A stretch of 64,000 nt of DNA from Lama guanicoe. Its lineage: Eukaryota. Shown here in pieces: positions 13,359-26,689 of the stretch; the stretch's first letter is position 1; the number at the start of each line of letters is the position of its first letter. The position numbers were made by a program, and so were the translations under genes. Where the stretch lies: assembly GCA_013239625.1 (NCBI GenBank), contig MU053304.1, positions 310,001-374,000 of the forward strand, given 5' to 3'. Below the pieces are notes generated by a model. It saw only the letters and a program-made list of their open reading frames with translations, ran no database searches and was not told the origin of the DNA.

Positions 13359-13482
13359 GAGGGGAGGGTATAGCTTAAGTGGTAGAGCGCATGCTTAGCA
13401 TGCATAAGGTCCTGGATTCAATTCCCAGTACCTCCTCTAAAATAAATAAATAAATAAACCTGATTACCTACCCCCCCCCAAA
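13359..13482 (+). mobile_element. tRNA-derived SINE (camelid Vic-1-like)
   Basis: ggggagggtatagcttaagtggtagagcgcatgcttagcatgcataaggtcctggattcaattcccagtacctcc, then (aaat)n and a C-run. TSD not evident. Confidence 0.88.
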
Positions 13483-13654
13483 CTAGCTTGAGCTACTGTG
13501 AGGTTAGGCATTACCTAGGGCTGTTAGTTTATTAGAGTAAACATGCCCAGTAAAGACTGTGCTTTATCTGTTGAGGGATCACAGGCAGACATCTGGGAGC
13601 CCAGGAACAGGGGTCATTGACTTTGAAGGACATCAGTTGGCCCCACTGATGCAG

Positions 13655-13895
13655 CAGTGCAGCATAGCCCTTAAGACATGAGGAACCAAACTGCTGGGTT
13701 CAAATCCAGCTCCTCCAATTACTGGCTGTGTGACCTTGGGCAAGTTACTCAATGGCTCTGTGTCTCTGTTTTCCTCACCTACAGAGTATAGATGATTATA
13801 ACAACTCAAACGGTTGATACGAGATTTAAATGAATGAATATGTGTAAAGCATCTAGAACAGTGCCTGGCACATAGTAAATACATGTGTTTGCTAA
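13655..13895 (+). mobile_element. MIR SINE
   Basis: gggttcaaatccagctcc...ctggctgtgtgaccttgggcaagttactcaa...ctagaacagtgcctggcacatagtaa (MIR core and tail). Confidence 0.85.
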
Positions 13896-16842
13896 TATTA
13901 TTCTTTCATAAGTGGTTATCCTATGCAGTAGTCACTCTTAGGAGTATAAAATAACCAGGTATCTTGTAGATGATTGTCCTAACTGACAGAGCAGCTGTTA
14001 TTTTACCATTTTATTTTTCCCCTTGGAGCAGACCCTGTAGCCTACCAAAGTTCTCTTTGGCACTTTCTCTTCCTAACCAAACCCTAATTTTTTTTTTCAG
14101 ATATCAGCACTCCCCTAAGGACTTATCTGTGGGGTGGGGGTGGGGTAAAATTTTAGTAAAGAGTGACTCTGTTTCTCCCTTTCCAGTGCCCAACTGCTGA
14201 CTGAGCCTCTGCATTCTAGAATTCTAGAGAGAAAACATGTAATTGATTGACTCAGGCCAGCCTAAGAATTGGGTTAGGAGTCTGCTGGAGCCAATCATCT
14301 GAGCCAGGGAAACAGATTCAGGTCTGCTCAGGTCTACACCTTCCTTAGGGGTTGTGTGTGCGTGTGCGCGCACACGCGTGCACACACACTCACGCACGCA
14401 TATGCACACTTGAACTTATTGGAGAGGAAAGGAGTGAAATTTCAATGAAGGAGAAGTGATAATCTTATGCAATCTATAGCCTATATCCACAGATATGCAT
14501 ACCCTAGCCTGCAAAGCAGTGATATATAGTTGTCATTCCAGTGTGACACTCGTATTTTAAAATATTTAACTGGAGAGAAAATTTTTCAGAGTGCCAAAAT
14601 CAAACCAAGAGGATTTGATCAAGGAGGACTTCAAGAAGGTGAGTGAATGACAAAAAGAATTTTGAATCTATTTATAAGAAAAACATTTTTGAATTAGAAC
14701 AGATATAAAGAAATATGCACAGTCTGTTTTTTGTTGGGTAAGTGAAAATATAATAAAACATTAGAAAGTTGGCTTGTTCGGAAAATGTTACATTTGATCT
14801 CACTTAAATGAATCAAAAATTACAGCTTCAAATAGAAAGTCTATATTAAGTTAAAGAGAAAGCAAAGAATTTTATTAACTGAGAAAAATACAGAATAACA
14901 CAATTACAACAATTATGAGATTACATATAAATGCACTAAATTCTCCTATTTAAAAAACCAGAATCATAGACCAGATTTAAAAGACAAAATCCACACCTAT
15001 GAATTTTATTTTTTAAAAATTTACAGTAAAGGGAGATAGGATAATTTAAAAGCCTGTCTCAGATAAATTATGCTTGCACAAAAGCAAGTGTAGCGGGTCC
15101 CAGCTTGACTGAATAAGTTATGTTCATCCCAGGATTCTGGCATACCTGGGCATGCCCCGTACACCAGTGGCAGGACCCACTAGGTCTGTTTTCTTGAGAA
15201 GTTAGCATCCTAGGGAAGAATTCCTTCCTCAGACAAAACCAAAGGCAAGCCCAAGGACAGCAGGTCAGCATGACGCTGTGTGCAGCAGGGAGGTTGCTGG
15301 GAGAGAAAGTGCCAACAAAACAAGCTGTTTGGCCTAAGGCAGTCCTGCTCTGTAGCTTTTTAAAAGAATGAGGCACAAGCAAAAGAAGGGTGCTGTTGGA
15401 GCATGTTGGCATAAAGTCTCCACAATACTCCATTCATTAGCCCCAAACACAGGTTCTGCCCCAGCCCCATGAGGGATCGTCAGCAAGTCCCTACACCTCA
15501 GGGGCCTCCATTTCTCTTCTACAAAACGGTGATCAGAGGAACTGATCCAAAAAATGAAAAATGGGGAAATAGACAGGATTTCTCAAGTGCACTTTAAGCT
15601 TTCACAAAAATTAATTGCAGTTTTGAAGATAAAGCTATTCACAATAGCTACACAAAGGTTTTACTCATACGTCCTCAGACTTCCATATGGTAAAATCGGA
15701 GAGAAAGGCAATCCATCACCTATATGCACATGACCAGGCAAGAATGGAATAAAGACTCCCCAATGGAACAATTAAGTTGAAAAGGAAACACGAAATATGG
15801 GGATGTTATCTTAAAGACAAACCAACAAACAAACAAAAGGATCCCAGTACATAGCTAAGCTGTGTTGAAGGAACTTTGGTATCTTTCTTTTTTTTTTTTT
15901 TTTTGGTACCTTTTATTTTTTTGGAAAACAAAAAGAAAAAGGGAAAAAAAAATTATCAACTAAATCTACACCTAAATTTTTAGAAAAAATATAAGTAACA
16001 AATTTAAATTTATAAGTAATAAATTTGAAATCAAACAAATTATTTAGAAAATATAAGAATATCTGCTTAATATGGAAACCTGAGATAAAAAATAAACTAA
16101 TATATTATTTCCAAACTACTAGCATAGCCAATTAAATACCCAAGAGAATACAAGAGAAACAAAAATCAAGACTATATGAACACAAAAATGTTTCAATTAT
16201 TGGGAAATACTATTCAAAGTTAAACTCTAATAAATTTTAAACATTAAAAGAAATTAATAATTTTGAATAAAACTAACATAAGAAGAAAACTCAGAATAAC
16301 AGGAAAGATCAGCAAAAGGGAAAATTCATAGAGATTATAGAAAACCTACTCAATGAAGATTCGTAGAATCACTGAGTGAATTTTTTGAAAAAAAGCATCT
16401 AGATTTGATAATGCTGTCCTTAGCACTCTCAATACCAAGTAAATAAACAATAACCTAATTCATTTTGTAAGGCAGATATGTTCACTTCCAACCTACTTGT
16501 AAAGATAAAGATTACAATACATAGTTTCAAAAATTTTACTTCATACGTAACTTTACCAGTTTTGCATGTTTATTTTCATTTTATTCTAGTATTGGTACTG
16601 TATACTTATGTTACAGAGTTGCATAATGTGCAACTGTTTAAAATTCCTTCTTCTTTTATAATTTGTACCTTAGTATTTTCCATTTCACATGAGGAAGTAG
16701 CTAAAAATTTATGTATATCTCCACTACCCAAATTTATATAAGTAGGTAGGTAGATTTGTACAAACATACATACATGCATAGATACATAGATAGATACATG
16801 GGTAGGTAGACAGACAGCTGGATTTGGATTGGAATATGCTTT

Positions 16843-18211
16843 TTTGAAATTTTTAAATGAGATATAATTCATATAACTTAAGATTCACCATTTTAAAGTG
16901 TACAATTTAGTGGTTTATATTATAGTCACAATATTGTACAAACATCACCACAATAAATTTTAGAACATTTGCATCACACCAAAAAGAAAGCCCATACCCG
17001 TTAACACCCCCCATTTCCCTCCCATCCTTCCAGCCCTCAGCAACCATCAATCTGTTTTCTGTTTCTATGGATTTCCCCATTCTGCACATTTTAAGTAAAC
17101 AGAATCAGACAATACATGGCCCCTTGTGACTGACTTTTGTCTTAGCATGTTTTCGAGATTCTTCCATATTGTGATACAAATCACTACTTCATTCCTTTTT
17201 ATGGTTAAATAATATTCATATATATATTCATATGTACATATATATGTAACATTTTGTTTACCTGTTCATTCAAGTACAATTTTTTTTACAAAAATTTATT
17301 TTCAATTCTTTTGGGCATATGCTTAGGAGTGGAATTGCCTGGTCATGTGAGCTGGGTCATATGGTAACTGTGCCATTTTACATTTCCACCAACAATGTGT
17401 GAGGGTTCCAATTTCTCCACAACCTTTACAACATTTGCTACTTTCTGTTTTTTAAATATAGCCATTGTAGTGAAGCAGTATCTAGTAAAGTGGTATCTTA
17501 TTATAGTTTTTGTTTGCTTTTCCATAATGGCTAGTGATGGTGTTTATTGGCCATCTGTATATCTTCTTTGGAGAAATGTCTATTCAAGTCCTTTACCCTT
17601 TTTAAAATTGGGTTATTTGTCTTTTTATTGTTGAGTTGTAAGAATTCTTTATATATTCTGGATACTAGGATCTTATCAAATACAGGATTTGCAAATATTT
17701 TTTCTCATTTGGTGGGCTGCCTTTTCATTATCTTAATAATGTCCTTTGATGAAAAAAATTTTAAGTTTGGTGAAGTCCAAATTACCTATTTTTCCTTTGG
17801 TTGCTTGTGCTTTGTGTATCGTATCTAAGAAACTGTTGCCTAATGCAAGGTCATAAAGATTTATACCTATGTTTTCTTCCAAGAGTTTTATAGTTTTAGC
17901 ACTTATGTTTAGATCGTTGATCCATCTGGGGTAAATTTTTATGTATGGTTCAGGAAGGGGGTCTAACTTCACTCTTTTGAATGTGGTTATCCAGTTTTCC
18001 CATCACAATTTGTTAAGAAAGACTATTCTTTTCCCATTGAATAATCTTGACATTCTTGTCAAAATCAATTAACCGCAGATATATGGGTTTATTTCTGAGC
18101 TCTCAATTCTATTCCATTGATCTATACGTCTATCTTTATGCCAGTGCCACATCGTCGTAATCACTGTAGCTTTGTAGTAAGTTTCGAAAATGAGAACTAT
18201 GAGTCCTCCAA
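16843..18211 (-). mobile_element. 5'-truncated L1 (ORF2 C-terminus and 3'UTR)
   Basis: Minus-strand translation KLDPLPEPYIKIYPRWINDLNI...KTIKLLEENIG is L1 ORF2. 13-bp TSD tggaatat[g/a]cttt at 16830-16842 and 18212-18224. Confidence 0.9.
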
Positions 18212-19024
18212 TGGAATATACTTTAACATTGCTGTGTAACTTTTTCACTCCAAAAACTTGAAAATATTCACATCAACATGCCAACAAATATAATCCTATA
18301 GCATCAATTTAAATAATATATAGCATCCCATGTGAATTTTCCGTTAGTTATTTGACCAGAATTACAGCATGTTGTTAGATACATAGATTATTTCCAATCT
18401 TTTGTTATAATAAACAACTTAGTTTTTACTTACTCGAGACTTCTCTTGGGTGCAATAAATATATATTCCTCTGAGTATATTGTTTTTTTAATGACTTTAC
18501 CCAATTCTCTATTAATGCCTTCAATCCAACTAAATTGTAAAGTCTCTTATTGAAGTGTAATTAATATTAACCATTTTCTGTCATTCTTGCTGTAAACAAT
18601 TTCCTGTCCATTTTGTCTCATTTATTTTTAATGTACAAGAATGGAACAGCAGGCAGGGCATCATGCTGCTCAGAATATTTACTTTGGAAAAAAAAAGAAA
18701 ACTGAAACAGATTTTCAATCTTTCAAAAGCGGCTTTTTATTCTGCTTGGGAGATTGTAGTCCTTGTTTATATCTACATCTATATCTATATCTATATCTTT
18801 ATATCTTTATAGATAGAGATGGAAATATATAGAAAGGTAATACACTCATTTAGTGCAAAATTCAAGAAGTCCCAAAAAGTAGCCAGTAAATAAATCTCCC
18901 CCATCCCTGTCCAACATCACCCAGTTCCCCTCTCTGTTACCAGTTTCCTCCATCCCAATATCCATCATTCATCCTTTCAATTGACAATTTCCTACTGCCC
19001 GCTCTGTGGGAAGACAACCAGGTA

Positions 19025-19200
19025 CAGTCGTTCAGAGGTTTGAATCCCACCTCTGCCACCAACAGCACATGGCCTTGGGCAGACCATTTGGTCAAGCCTC
19101 AGTTTCCTGATCTGTGAAGTGGGGATAGTGATGATTACCTCATGCATCACTGAGAGGATATATATATGTACCTGGCAGAGGCCTGGGTGCTTTGGATACC
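19025..19200 (+). mobile_element. MIR SINE
   Basis: ggtttgaatcccacctctgccacc...ccttgggcag...gcctcagtttcctgatctgtgaagtgggga. Confidence 0.7.
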
Positions 19201-20479
19201 ACTGTGAAGTTAGATGTCATCTGTCCTCAAGAACTCTGTTCAGGCACCCCTCTCAGGTCTACGTATTAGTTCCCCCTTCTTGTTTTCCCCTCTTTAGATC
19301 AGGCTATTTCTCTGGCTGCTAACCTAGAATCTATCATGTCCCCTCTTCCCATGGCTAGGAGGCCTGTCCACAGGGCCAGACCCTGCAGACAGACATGAGA
19401 TGGAAACCTGGGGCTTTCCACTGCCTCATACTGTCCATGAGAATTTTCAACTAAATTCTCAAACTTATTCACCAATGTTATCTTGTCAGATACTGTAAAA
19501 ACATTTACACTTTGGTCTCAGTGTTATGGATGGCAAGTATTCAGCCATGGGGGAAAAAAGATAAACAATGAACTCATTCAAATTATTCAAGCGTCATAGT
19601 TTTGTTTGCCTTGAAAATAGTCACTGAACTCTGAAAATACTGGCCAACATCTTCCCTACCAGCTATGCCATCTATCTGCAGAGAAGAGCAAGTTTTCAGT
19701 CTAAAAATACCTATATCCAAAAGTGGGTTAATTTTTTAACAAAGCATTCTCGTGCTACTGAACACAATAAGAAAACACACTCAAGAGAGGGGCATCTTCT
19801 GAAGGATAGAGGGGTTCTTAGAGGAGACCAAGGCTGGCACATTTGAGAGATTAGCAGCCTGAAAGCCAGTTTCTCCCTCCATTCCTCCTTTTGGTTCCTT
19901 CTGCCTCCAGAGAGCTGCTCCTGGGAGGTGACAAGGCTGTCTCCAAACCACCCAGCCTCAGGAGGAAGCTGAGAGCTTTGTTCCCACACTCCACCCCGCA
20001 GGTAGGTCTCCCTGCCAGCCCAGTGTCTGAAGGTGCAAGCAGCCGGTCCCAGGAGGGACCACCCTACCTCCCTTGTCTCCAGGCACAGTAATAAATACAC
20101 TTTATCCAGATCAAAGGAGCTGGACTAGCTGGATCTTGGGGAGCAGCTTCACCAAGAACTGGGGTCTTTGTGGAATTCCAGCTGAAAAGCCTATGGCCTT
20201 GTGTACTCAGGACATCCCTAGAATGGCCTCCCAAGATCTAAGGTCTTTCTCTTGGAACTGGCTGTAAAGAAACCCCAAAGGGTCCATCTTCACAGCCCAG
20301 AGCTGTGACCAGTAAGATTGGAGGGGTGGGCAAGGAGTGCCCAGGGCAGCAGCAGCAGGTGTCCATGGTTACTTGGCTGTTCTGTATGAACAAATACCTT
20401 CTTAATATGTGCCTGTTTTTTCTGAGTCATATAGGGGAATTTTTAACAATGTACTATTATTATTACTTTAAATCTATTT

Positions 20480-21010
20480 GTCTAATCCAGATAGTTAAGA
20501 CTTGTCTCTATAATTTTTGTCCATCTCAGAATTGCCTGTTCTATTTTTTCCAATCTGTCTAGTCCTTTACCAGTAATATATCCTTAATTAGTATTTATAA
20601 CAGCACTTCTGTATCTAGGAGGACATGCCTTAAGACTTCTTTTCTTAAAAAATTGTTTTGACCATTTTCATGAATACACTGTTCCTAAGAAAATTTGGAA
20701 TCAGTTTCTCAGCAATCACAAAGATACTGAAATTTTGTTTGGAATCATGTTAAATTTATGCAGAACTTAGGGCAGGATTAGCATCCTTATAATACTAAAC
20801 CTTCCCATAGAGACATGTGATACGGTTCTTCATTTATTCAAGTGTTCCTTCACATCCCATAACATTAAATTATGTTTAATTTTTGATATGATTATTGTTA
20901 ATGGGCTTTTTAGATTATTTGTTGATAGGTTATTGTCATATGGGAAGGTATGTCACTTTTATTTTTTAAAATGCATTTTGTATGGGGCCACTTTTGTAGT
21001 TCCTTTAAAA
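20480..21010 (-). mobile_element. Old L1 ORF2 fragment
   Basis: T-rich; tttggaatcatgttaaattt...ccttcccat...ttcatttattcaagt matches the reverse L1 ORF2 pattern. Confidence 0.6.
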
Positions 21011-21029
21011 GGTAATTTCATTAAACCCA

Positions 21030-21900
21030 ATAATAAGGATTGGAAAAGAGAAAATTTTACTATCATTATATGCCAAGATTTTACTATATACCAAAAAATT
21101 CCTCCCCAAAAACACAAATCAAGAAAATAGAATTAAAACTATTAATACAGTAAGAATAGTTATTAGTCTAAATTTTAAATTAATTTTTAAACATTAATAG
21201 TCATTTATATGTCAGCAATAACCAGTAATAAAACATAATTTTTAAAAATCCACAGCAAGAAAATGCCATTTTAAAAATTCCATTTACTGTGACCACAAAA
21301 CCTATAAAAAGCCAGAAATAAGTTAATAAAAATGTGTGAGACCTATATGAGAAAACTTTAAAGCTATGGAAAATGGAAAGGCACATCTTGTCCTTAGATG
21401 GGAAAACTCAGTATTGAAAAGATGTCAAATTGTCTTAAGTTTACATGTAAATTCAACAAAATGCCATAAAATGATGCCATAAAAAAATTTGGGGGACTTG
21501 CATAAATTATTCTAAAGTTATTCTGGAAAATAAATATGGAAGAAGAGTAAAGAAAATCCTGAAAAAGATGAGTATTTTGGGACTGATATACCCTACTAGA
21601 TATTAGAACATATTTTTAAACTACAGTGACTAAAACAGTATGGTCAGGAATAAGCAGGCAAAGCAACAAAACAGTCTAAAATTTAGCATAAGTATATAAG
21701 AGAATTCAGCATAAGAAAAGTGAAAGTTTAAACTGGTAGGAGAAAAACTTAATGTGCTACAAAACTCAGTAAATGGTATTGGGGCAACTGGCTACCCATT
21801 TGGGGTGAAAATAGTTGTATTCTTCCCTTTAAACCCAAATGAATTCCAGAAAGAATAAAAATATAATTTTTTTAAAGTACAGTGTTCTAAAATTAAAAAT
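21030..21900 (+). mobile_element. Old L1 ORF2 fragment
   Basis: atgggaaaactcagtattgaaaagatgtcaa...aaattcaac...aaatggtattggggcaactgg. Confidence 0.65.
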
Positions 21901-21905
21901 ATATA

Positions 21906-22406
21906 CAAGCACACCTCATTTTATTGCGTTTCACTTTGCTGTGCTCTGCAGACATTACTTTTTTTTTTTGATACTGCATTTTTCACAAATTTAAAGTTTG
22001 TGGCAACCCTGCATCGAGAAAGTCTATTAGCAGCATTTTTCCAACAGCATATGCTAACTTCTTGTCTCTGTGTCACATTTTGGTAATTCTTGCAATATCA
22101 CTAACTTTTTCATTATTGTTAATTTCTTATGGGGATCTGTGGTCAGTGATCTCTGATGTTACTTCCATGACTCGCTGAAGGCTCAGATGATGGTTGGCAT
22201 TTTTTAGCAATAAAGTATTTTTAAATTAAGGAATGTACATTTTTAAGACATAATGCTATTGCACACTTAATAGACTACAGTATAGTGTAAATGTAACTTT
22301 TATGTTCACTGGGAAATAAGAAAATTAATTTGACTAGCTTTATTGTGATATTCACTTTATTGTGGTGGTCTGGAACCAAACCCACAATATCTCTGAGGTA
22401 TGCCTG
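21906..22406 (+). mobile_element. Tigger1-derived non-autonomous DNA transposon (internal deletion, ~500 bp)
   Basis: TIRs CAAGCACACCTC... and ...GAGGTATGCCTG, with TA TSDs at 21904-21905 and 22407-22408. Tigger1 5' and 3' ends are joined near 22165 with no transposase. Confidence 0.9.
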
Positions 22407-24679
22407 TAACATTTCTATAATTTTGTGTTAGAGTCACAGAAGAATAAGATTCTTGCCTCTGGTACACTTTTCAAAATATCAAGTGAATTTATCCTTTCCA
22501 GGGATGTAAACTTGTCCAAAGCATGAACTTATAATAAAAATGTGGAGAGAAGCTCTATTTTTCATAGGTAGGTACATCATAAGAAGGAGGTTTCTTGGAA
22601 TCAGCTAAACTCAAAGCTTCTAGCCAGATAAAGTGAATTTTCAAAAGGCAATCATGTCTCCAGGTTTTGATCAATTTCAGATGTTATGGAGGTAAGTTTA
22701 TGGACTTTCTGAATCCATTCCTAGCTCTTTCCCTGAGGAACATCAATTATTTTTCACAATATCAAAGCCAATGTAATGGGAAAGTCATAGACTTTACCTG
22801 CTTAGCAGACAAGTGGGATTACACATACATTCACGTCCAAATTACCCTAACTTGGAGACCTCTCTGCCTTGCCAGCAAGAAAGCCAGTTGATTTGAGGGT
22901 ATAGCCTCCCCTAATACGTCAGGTCCTCCTGTGGTGCTTGGATATGTCCCTGAATCTGTCCTGCTGCTCCTCCAGCTGCCTGCTGGGGAGGCAGAAATAC
23001 AGTCCCTCAGGGACAAAAGCCTCAACCACTTCAGGCCTCCACTCCACCTCTGCTCCCACCCTCAGCATCACTCACTGGCTTTGGTGCCCCCATCCCTGCA
23101 GCCCCCACGTCTGAGGTAGCCCCAGTTCCCTGGCTCTGCTGACCTCACAGTCAGCGACTGCAGCTCCAGCCACAGCGAAATCTCCAGCAGCACCTCCAAA
23201 ACCCAGTCTCGGTGGTGCTAGTGCCTGATTTCTGCCACCCCTGCTGCCACCGGGGAGATCGGCACCCCCACAGGGGTCCTTGAGGTAAGAGGGAAGGGGA
23301 GAGGCTGTCTCCCCACTACCAGAGTGTCCAGAGGAAGCACCAGCACCCCCAAGGCAGCACAGCCTTTCCAGCTCACACACAACCAAGTCCCCCAGGGCCC
23401 ACCCATGGTGCCAGCATGCTTGTTTGACCAGAGATGGGAGTGAGTGCCTGCCTTGGTGGACTTGATTCCCTACACCAGGGCACAGAAACACCAGGGAGAC
23501 ACAGGCTGGGGGGTTTCTTTCAGGACTCCCACAAGTCCTTGTGCTGGTTACTCTCCACTTACCTGCTCACCTCCCAAATCCATCTCTTCATTCTCGGCCC
23601 TGCTCGGCTGTGGTTCTGGCAGGGATTCTGCCCCTGGAGCTGAAGCCAAGGAGAGAGCTTTGGCCAAGGTGATAATGCACCTCAGATCTTTTGATGAAGT
23701 AGGAGAGAACTCTGAGTGGCCAAGTGACAGAGAGCCCCACTGCTCACCGAGGTCCAAATTTGGGTCACAGTGTGGACTTGCTCTGCAAGACTAACATGCA
23801 AGAGAAGCCACATTTTTCTGTTTTGCTAAATCCGATCAAATGTGGCTCAGCCTTCAACTGTTCTGTGGATAGGATGGTCAATTTCATCATTTGGAGGCGT
23901 CACTTTTCTGTCTTGGGATTCCCCAAGTGTCCTGGGGGAAGGGGCATTGGAATCAGGTTCACATCAACTCAGAAGGTCCTTTAAATAGTACTTTTAACCA
24001 AAGAAAGCAGTCCCTGCCAGAACCGTTACCAAGCAGGGCAGAGAATGAAGAATCAGTGAGGATCTGCCCCCGTGTGCTCAGAGAGGAGCTGAGTTCCTGA
24101 CACAATTCTGGAGTTTGCTCCTTAACCCCACAAGTCCCTGGGCCAGGCTGTTTTGGTTACAGAGACATTGATCAGACGTAGCTCAAGTGGAGTAATACAG
24201 TTGGACTCTGCCCTCCTTTCTCATTAAGTTTCATTTTGATGACTTGATACCTCTTTTGGGTAAGCTGGATGCTCACCTTTCCCAACTGCCACCCACAGAG
24301 TACTGTGTAGAAAGAGTGAAAAGTTACACATCTCCCTGTAACACAGACTTACTGCCATGAGCTAATATGGACTCATAAATGGCTAGGGCTGCTATCTAAG
24401 TACTGCCAGGAAAAGATGGCTAAACATCAGTAATTTTTTTTAAAAAACCATGCTTTCTGGACAAAGCTTTCTCAACTGATGACAGGCTTATAGCGAAACA
24501 ACTTAATAAAAGAATTCAAAATATTTAATTACTGAATCTGGCAGTATGTTTTGTAAATAACATTTGCCTGGAGGTTTCATCAAGAAATAATATTGTCTAA
24601 AGTTAGATGCTTTATTAGGATTTTTTAATGATTGTGGTAGGTGATTGGTAACACCTGCTTTAAATTTTTCCATATTAAA

Positions 24680-25590
24680 AAATAAAGCTGGATCCCTACC
24701 TCACACCTTAATAAGTTCCAGATGGATTAGAAGTAAAAATGTACACATACACCAACACATACAAAACTCCATAAAAGTACAAGCAAAAAAGTGATGCTTA
24801 TTTAATATTGGGAGGTGAAAAGGTAGACCTTTCTAAAAATGACACCAAAGCTAGCAACCATTAAAAAAATATGATGGATTTGATTGTATAAAAATTGGAG
24901 ATTTTTATATGGTATTCACATGTATTTAAAAGCCAAAGCATATACAACAAGCTTCTTCTGCAGAGTACAGGGAACTACATTCAATATCTTGTAGTAACCT
25001 ATAATGAAAAAGAATATATGTACAGATGTGTCTGACTGAAACATTATGCCATACACCAGAAATTGACACAACATTGTAACCTGACTATACTTCAATTTTT
25101 TATGAAAGTCAAAGCAGAACTTGAGAAACATCATTTTGACATGTGAGAAGCAAAGGCATAATGTTGCCAATATATGAATAACTCTGACAAATCAACTAGG
25201 AGTAAAAGAATAGTAGGAAAATGAGCGATGGATATGAAGTGGAAATTCACCAAGCTTTGCAGATGGCCAGTGACCTCATGAGAGGATGTTCAACCTCACT
25301 GGTAGCCAAGGGAAGATTTAAAAAAGAAAAAAAGGAAGAAGAAAGAAAACCACACATGCTACCACCACAACAAAACTAATTACAAAACTCCTGGGATTGT
25401 CTTTCCTCACCCCCTAGATGAACAAAGATTAAAAAGATTGTAAAACATGTGTTGTTGAGAGTGTCTGAAAAGGGCTTCTCACACTGCTGGTGGGAAGGGT
25501 GTAAATATGCATAAACTTTTTGGAGAGCAGTTGATCATATGTATCAGAAGCCTTTTTAAATGGATATTTTTTGACCTAGCTCCTGTTATC
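24680..25590 (+). mobile_element. Old L1 ORF2 3' fragment
   Basis: gctggatccctacctcacacc...ccagatggatt...gatgttcaacctcactggtagcc...cacactgctggtggg...tttggagagcagttg. Confidence 0.7.
24941..25104 (+). mobile_element. Younger L1 3' end nested in the older L1
   Basis: Same 3'UTR family as 1600-1760. TSD aaag[c/t]caaagca at 24929-24940 and 25105-25116. Confidence 0.82.
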
Positions 25591-26689
25591 CATGATGTGG
25601 CCTTGAGGGAAGGGACACAGTGTCCTTTGGCTACTCCATCAAGAACATGGAACCAGCTCCTCTTAAATCCCCCAGCAGAGCAAAGGCCAGGCTCTCTGAA
25701 GGCACCAGCCACTGGACAGCAAGCCCAGCACAGACAGCGACATAACAGCCACGGTAGGCCCAGCCTCAGCCCAGGGTCACTCACTGGAAGCACCTGCTTC
25801 CATCACCCTCCTCCAGAACTGGCCCAGGCCTCTCCTTACAGCAAAGCCAGTCCCCACTGACCCAATTATCAGCTCCAGAGAGAGGACATTCTCCCGCCAC
25901 CCTCTCCATTCTTCACCGCCTGCCTAAGAAACACCCCGTCACTGCAGGGGCAGCTCCTCTCCCACTACCGGGATGGGGTCTGATTCTCTGGCCCCGTTAA
26001 GATAATCACAATGTACTGCAAGATCTAAGCTCACCTGTGGTCATGTTCTTACATTTATAATAGTAAAAATATGGAAACAACCTACCAATCCATCAATAAG
26101 GAAGTGACTGAATAAACTGAGACTGCCATACAGTAGAAGGCTGTAGGAAAGGACGGCGTAAACCGATACATACTTACATGGAATGAAGAGGATGGAAAGA
26201 TTACATGAGTCAATCCAAGTGCTTGGGACAGGACCCACCAGCCACGTACAAAGTGCTCAAGAGTTGTGGTTAAGTGGAAAAAGAGGCTACAAAACAGTGT
26301 TATGTTTCAATCACATTTTATTATTAAAATATATACGTCTTTAGGAATTTATAGACAGAAAAATACATGGAAGGATATTAACTGAAATGTGAACAGTTTG
26401 GGGAGTGGTGGGCTTACACATCCATTTGCATCATTTATATGGTCTATATTACAATGATCATGTAATATTCCATTTTTTTGGAATGATTCAGGAAATGGAC
26501 AAGAAAAAAGATTTCCAGAATTTTCTGGTCAACCTTACCTTAACATGAAAAATCTTGACCTATGAACTTGGTAATGCAGCACAGATTACATACTAATTAG
26601 GAGGGAAAAAAAAACCCTATTTTCATTTTTTAAAGTTAGAGTGAAATAAAATAAAAGCTTTTATAATTTTTTAAACATTACAATGCTTG

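Noticed and set aside
13359..13435. tRNA-like sequence (also at 8666, 53262 and 54072)
   Set aside because: These are SINE heads with A-rich tails and, in some copies, TSDs; pairing is degenerate. Not tRNA genes.
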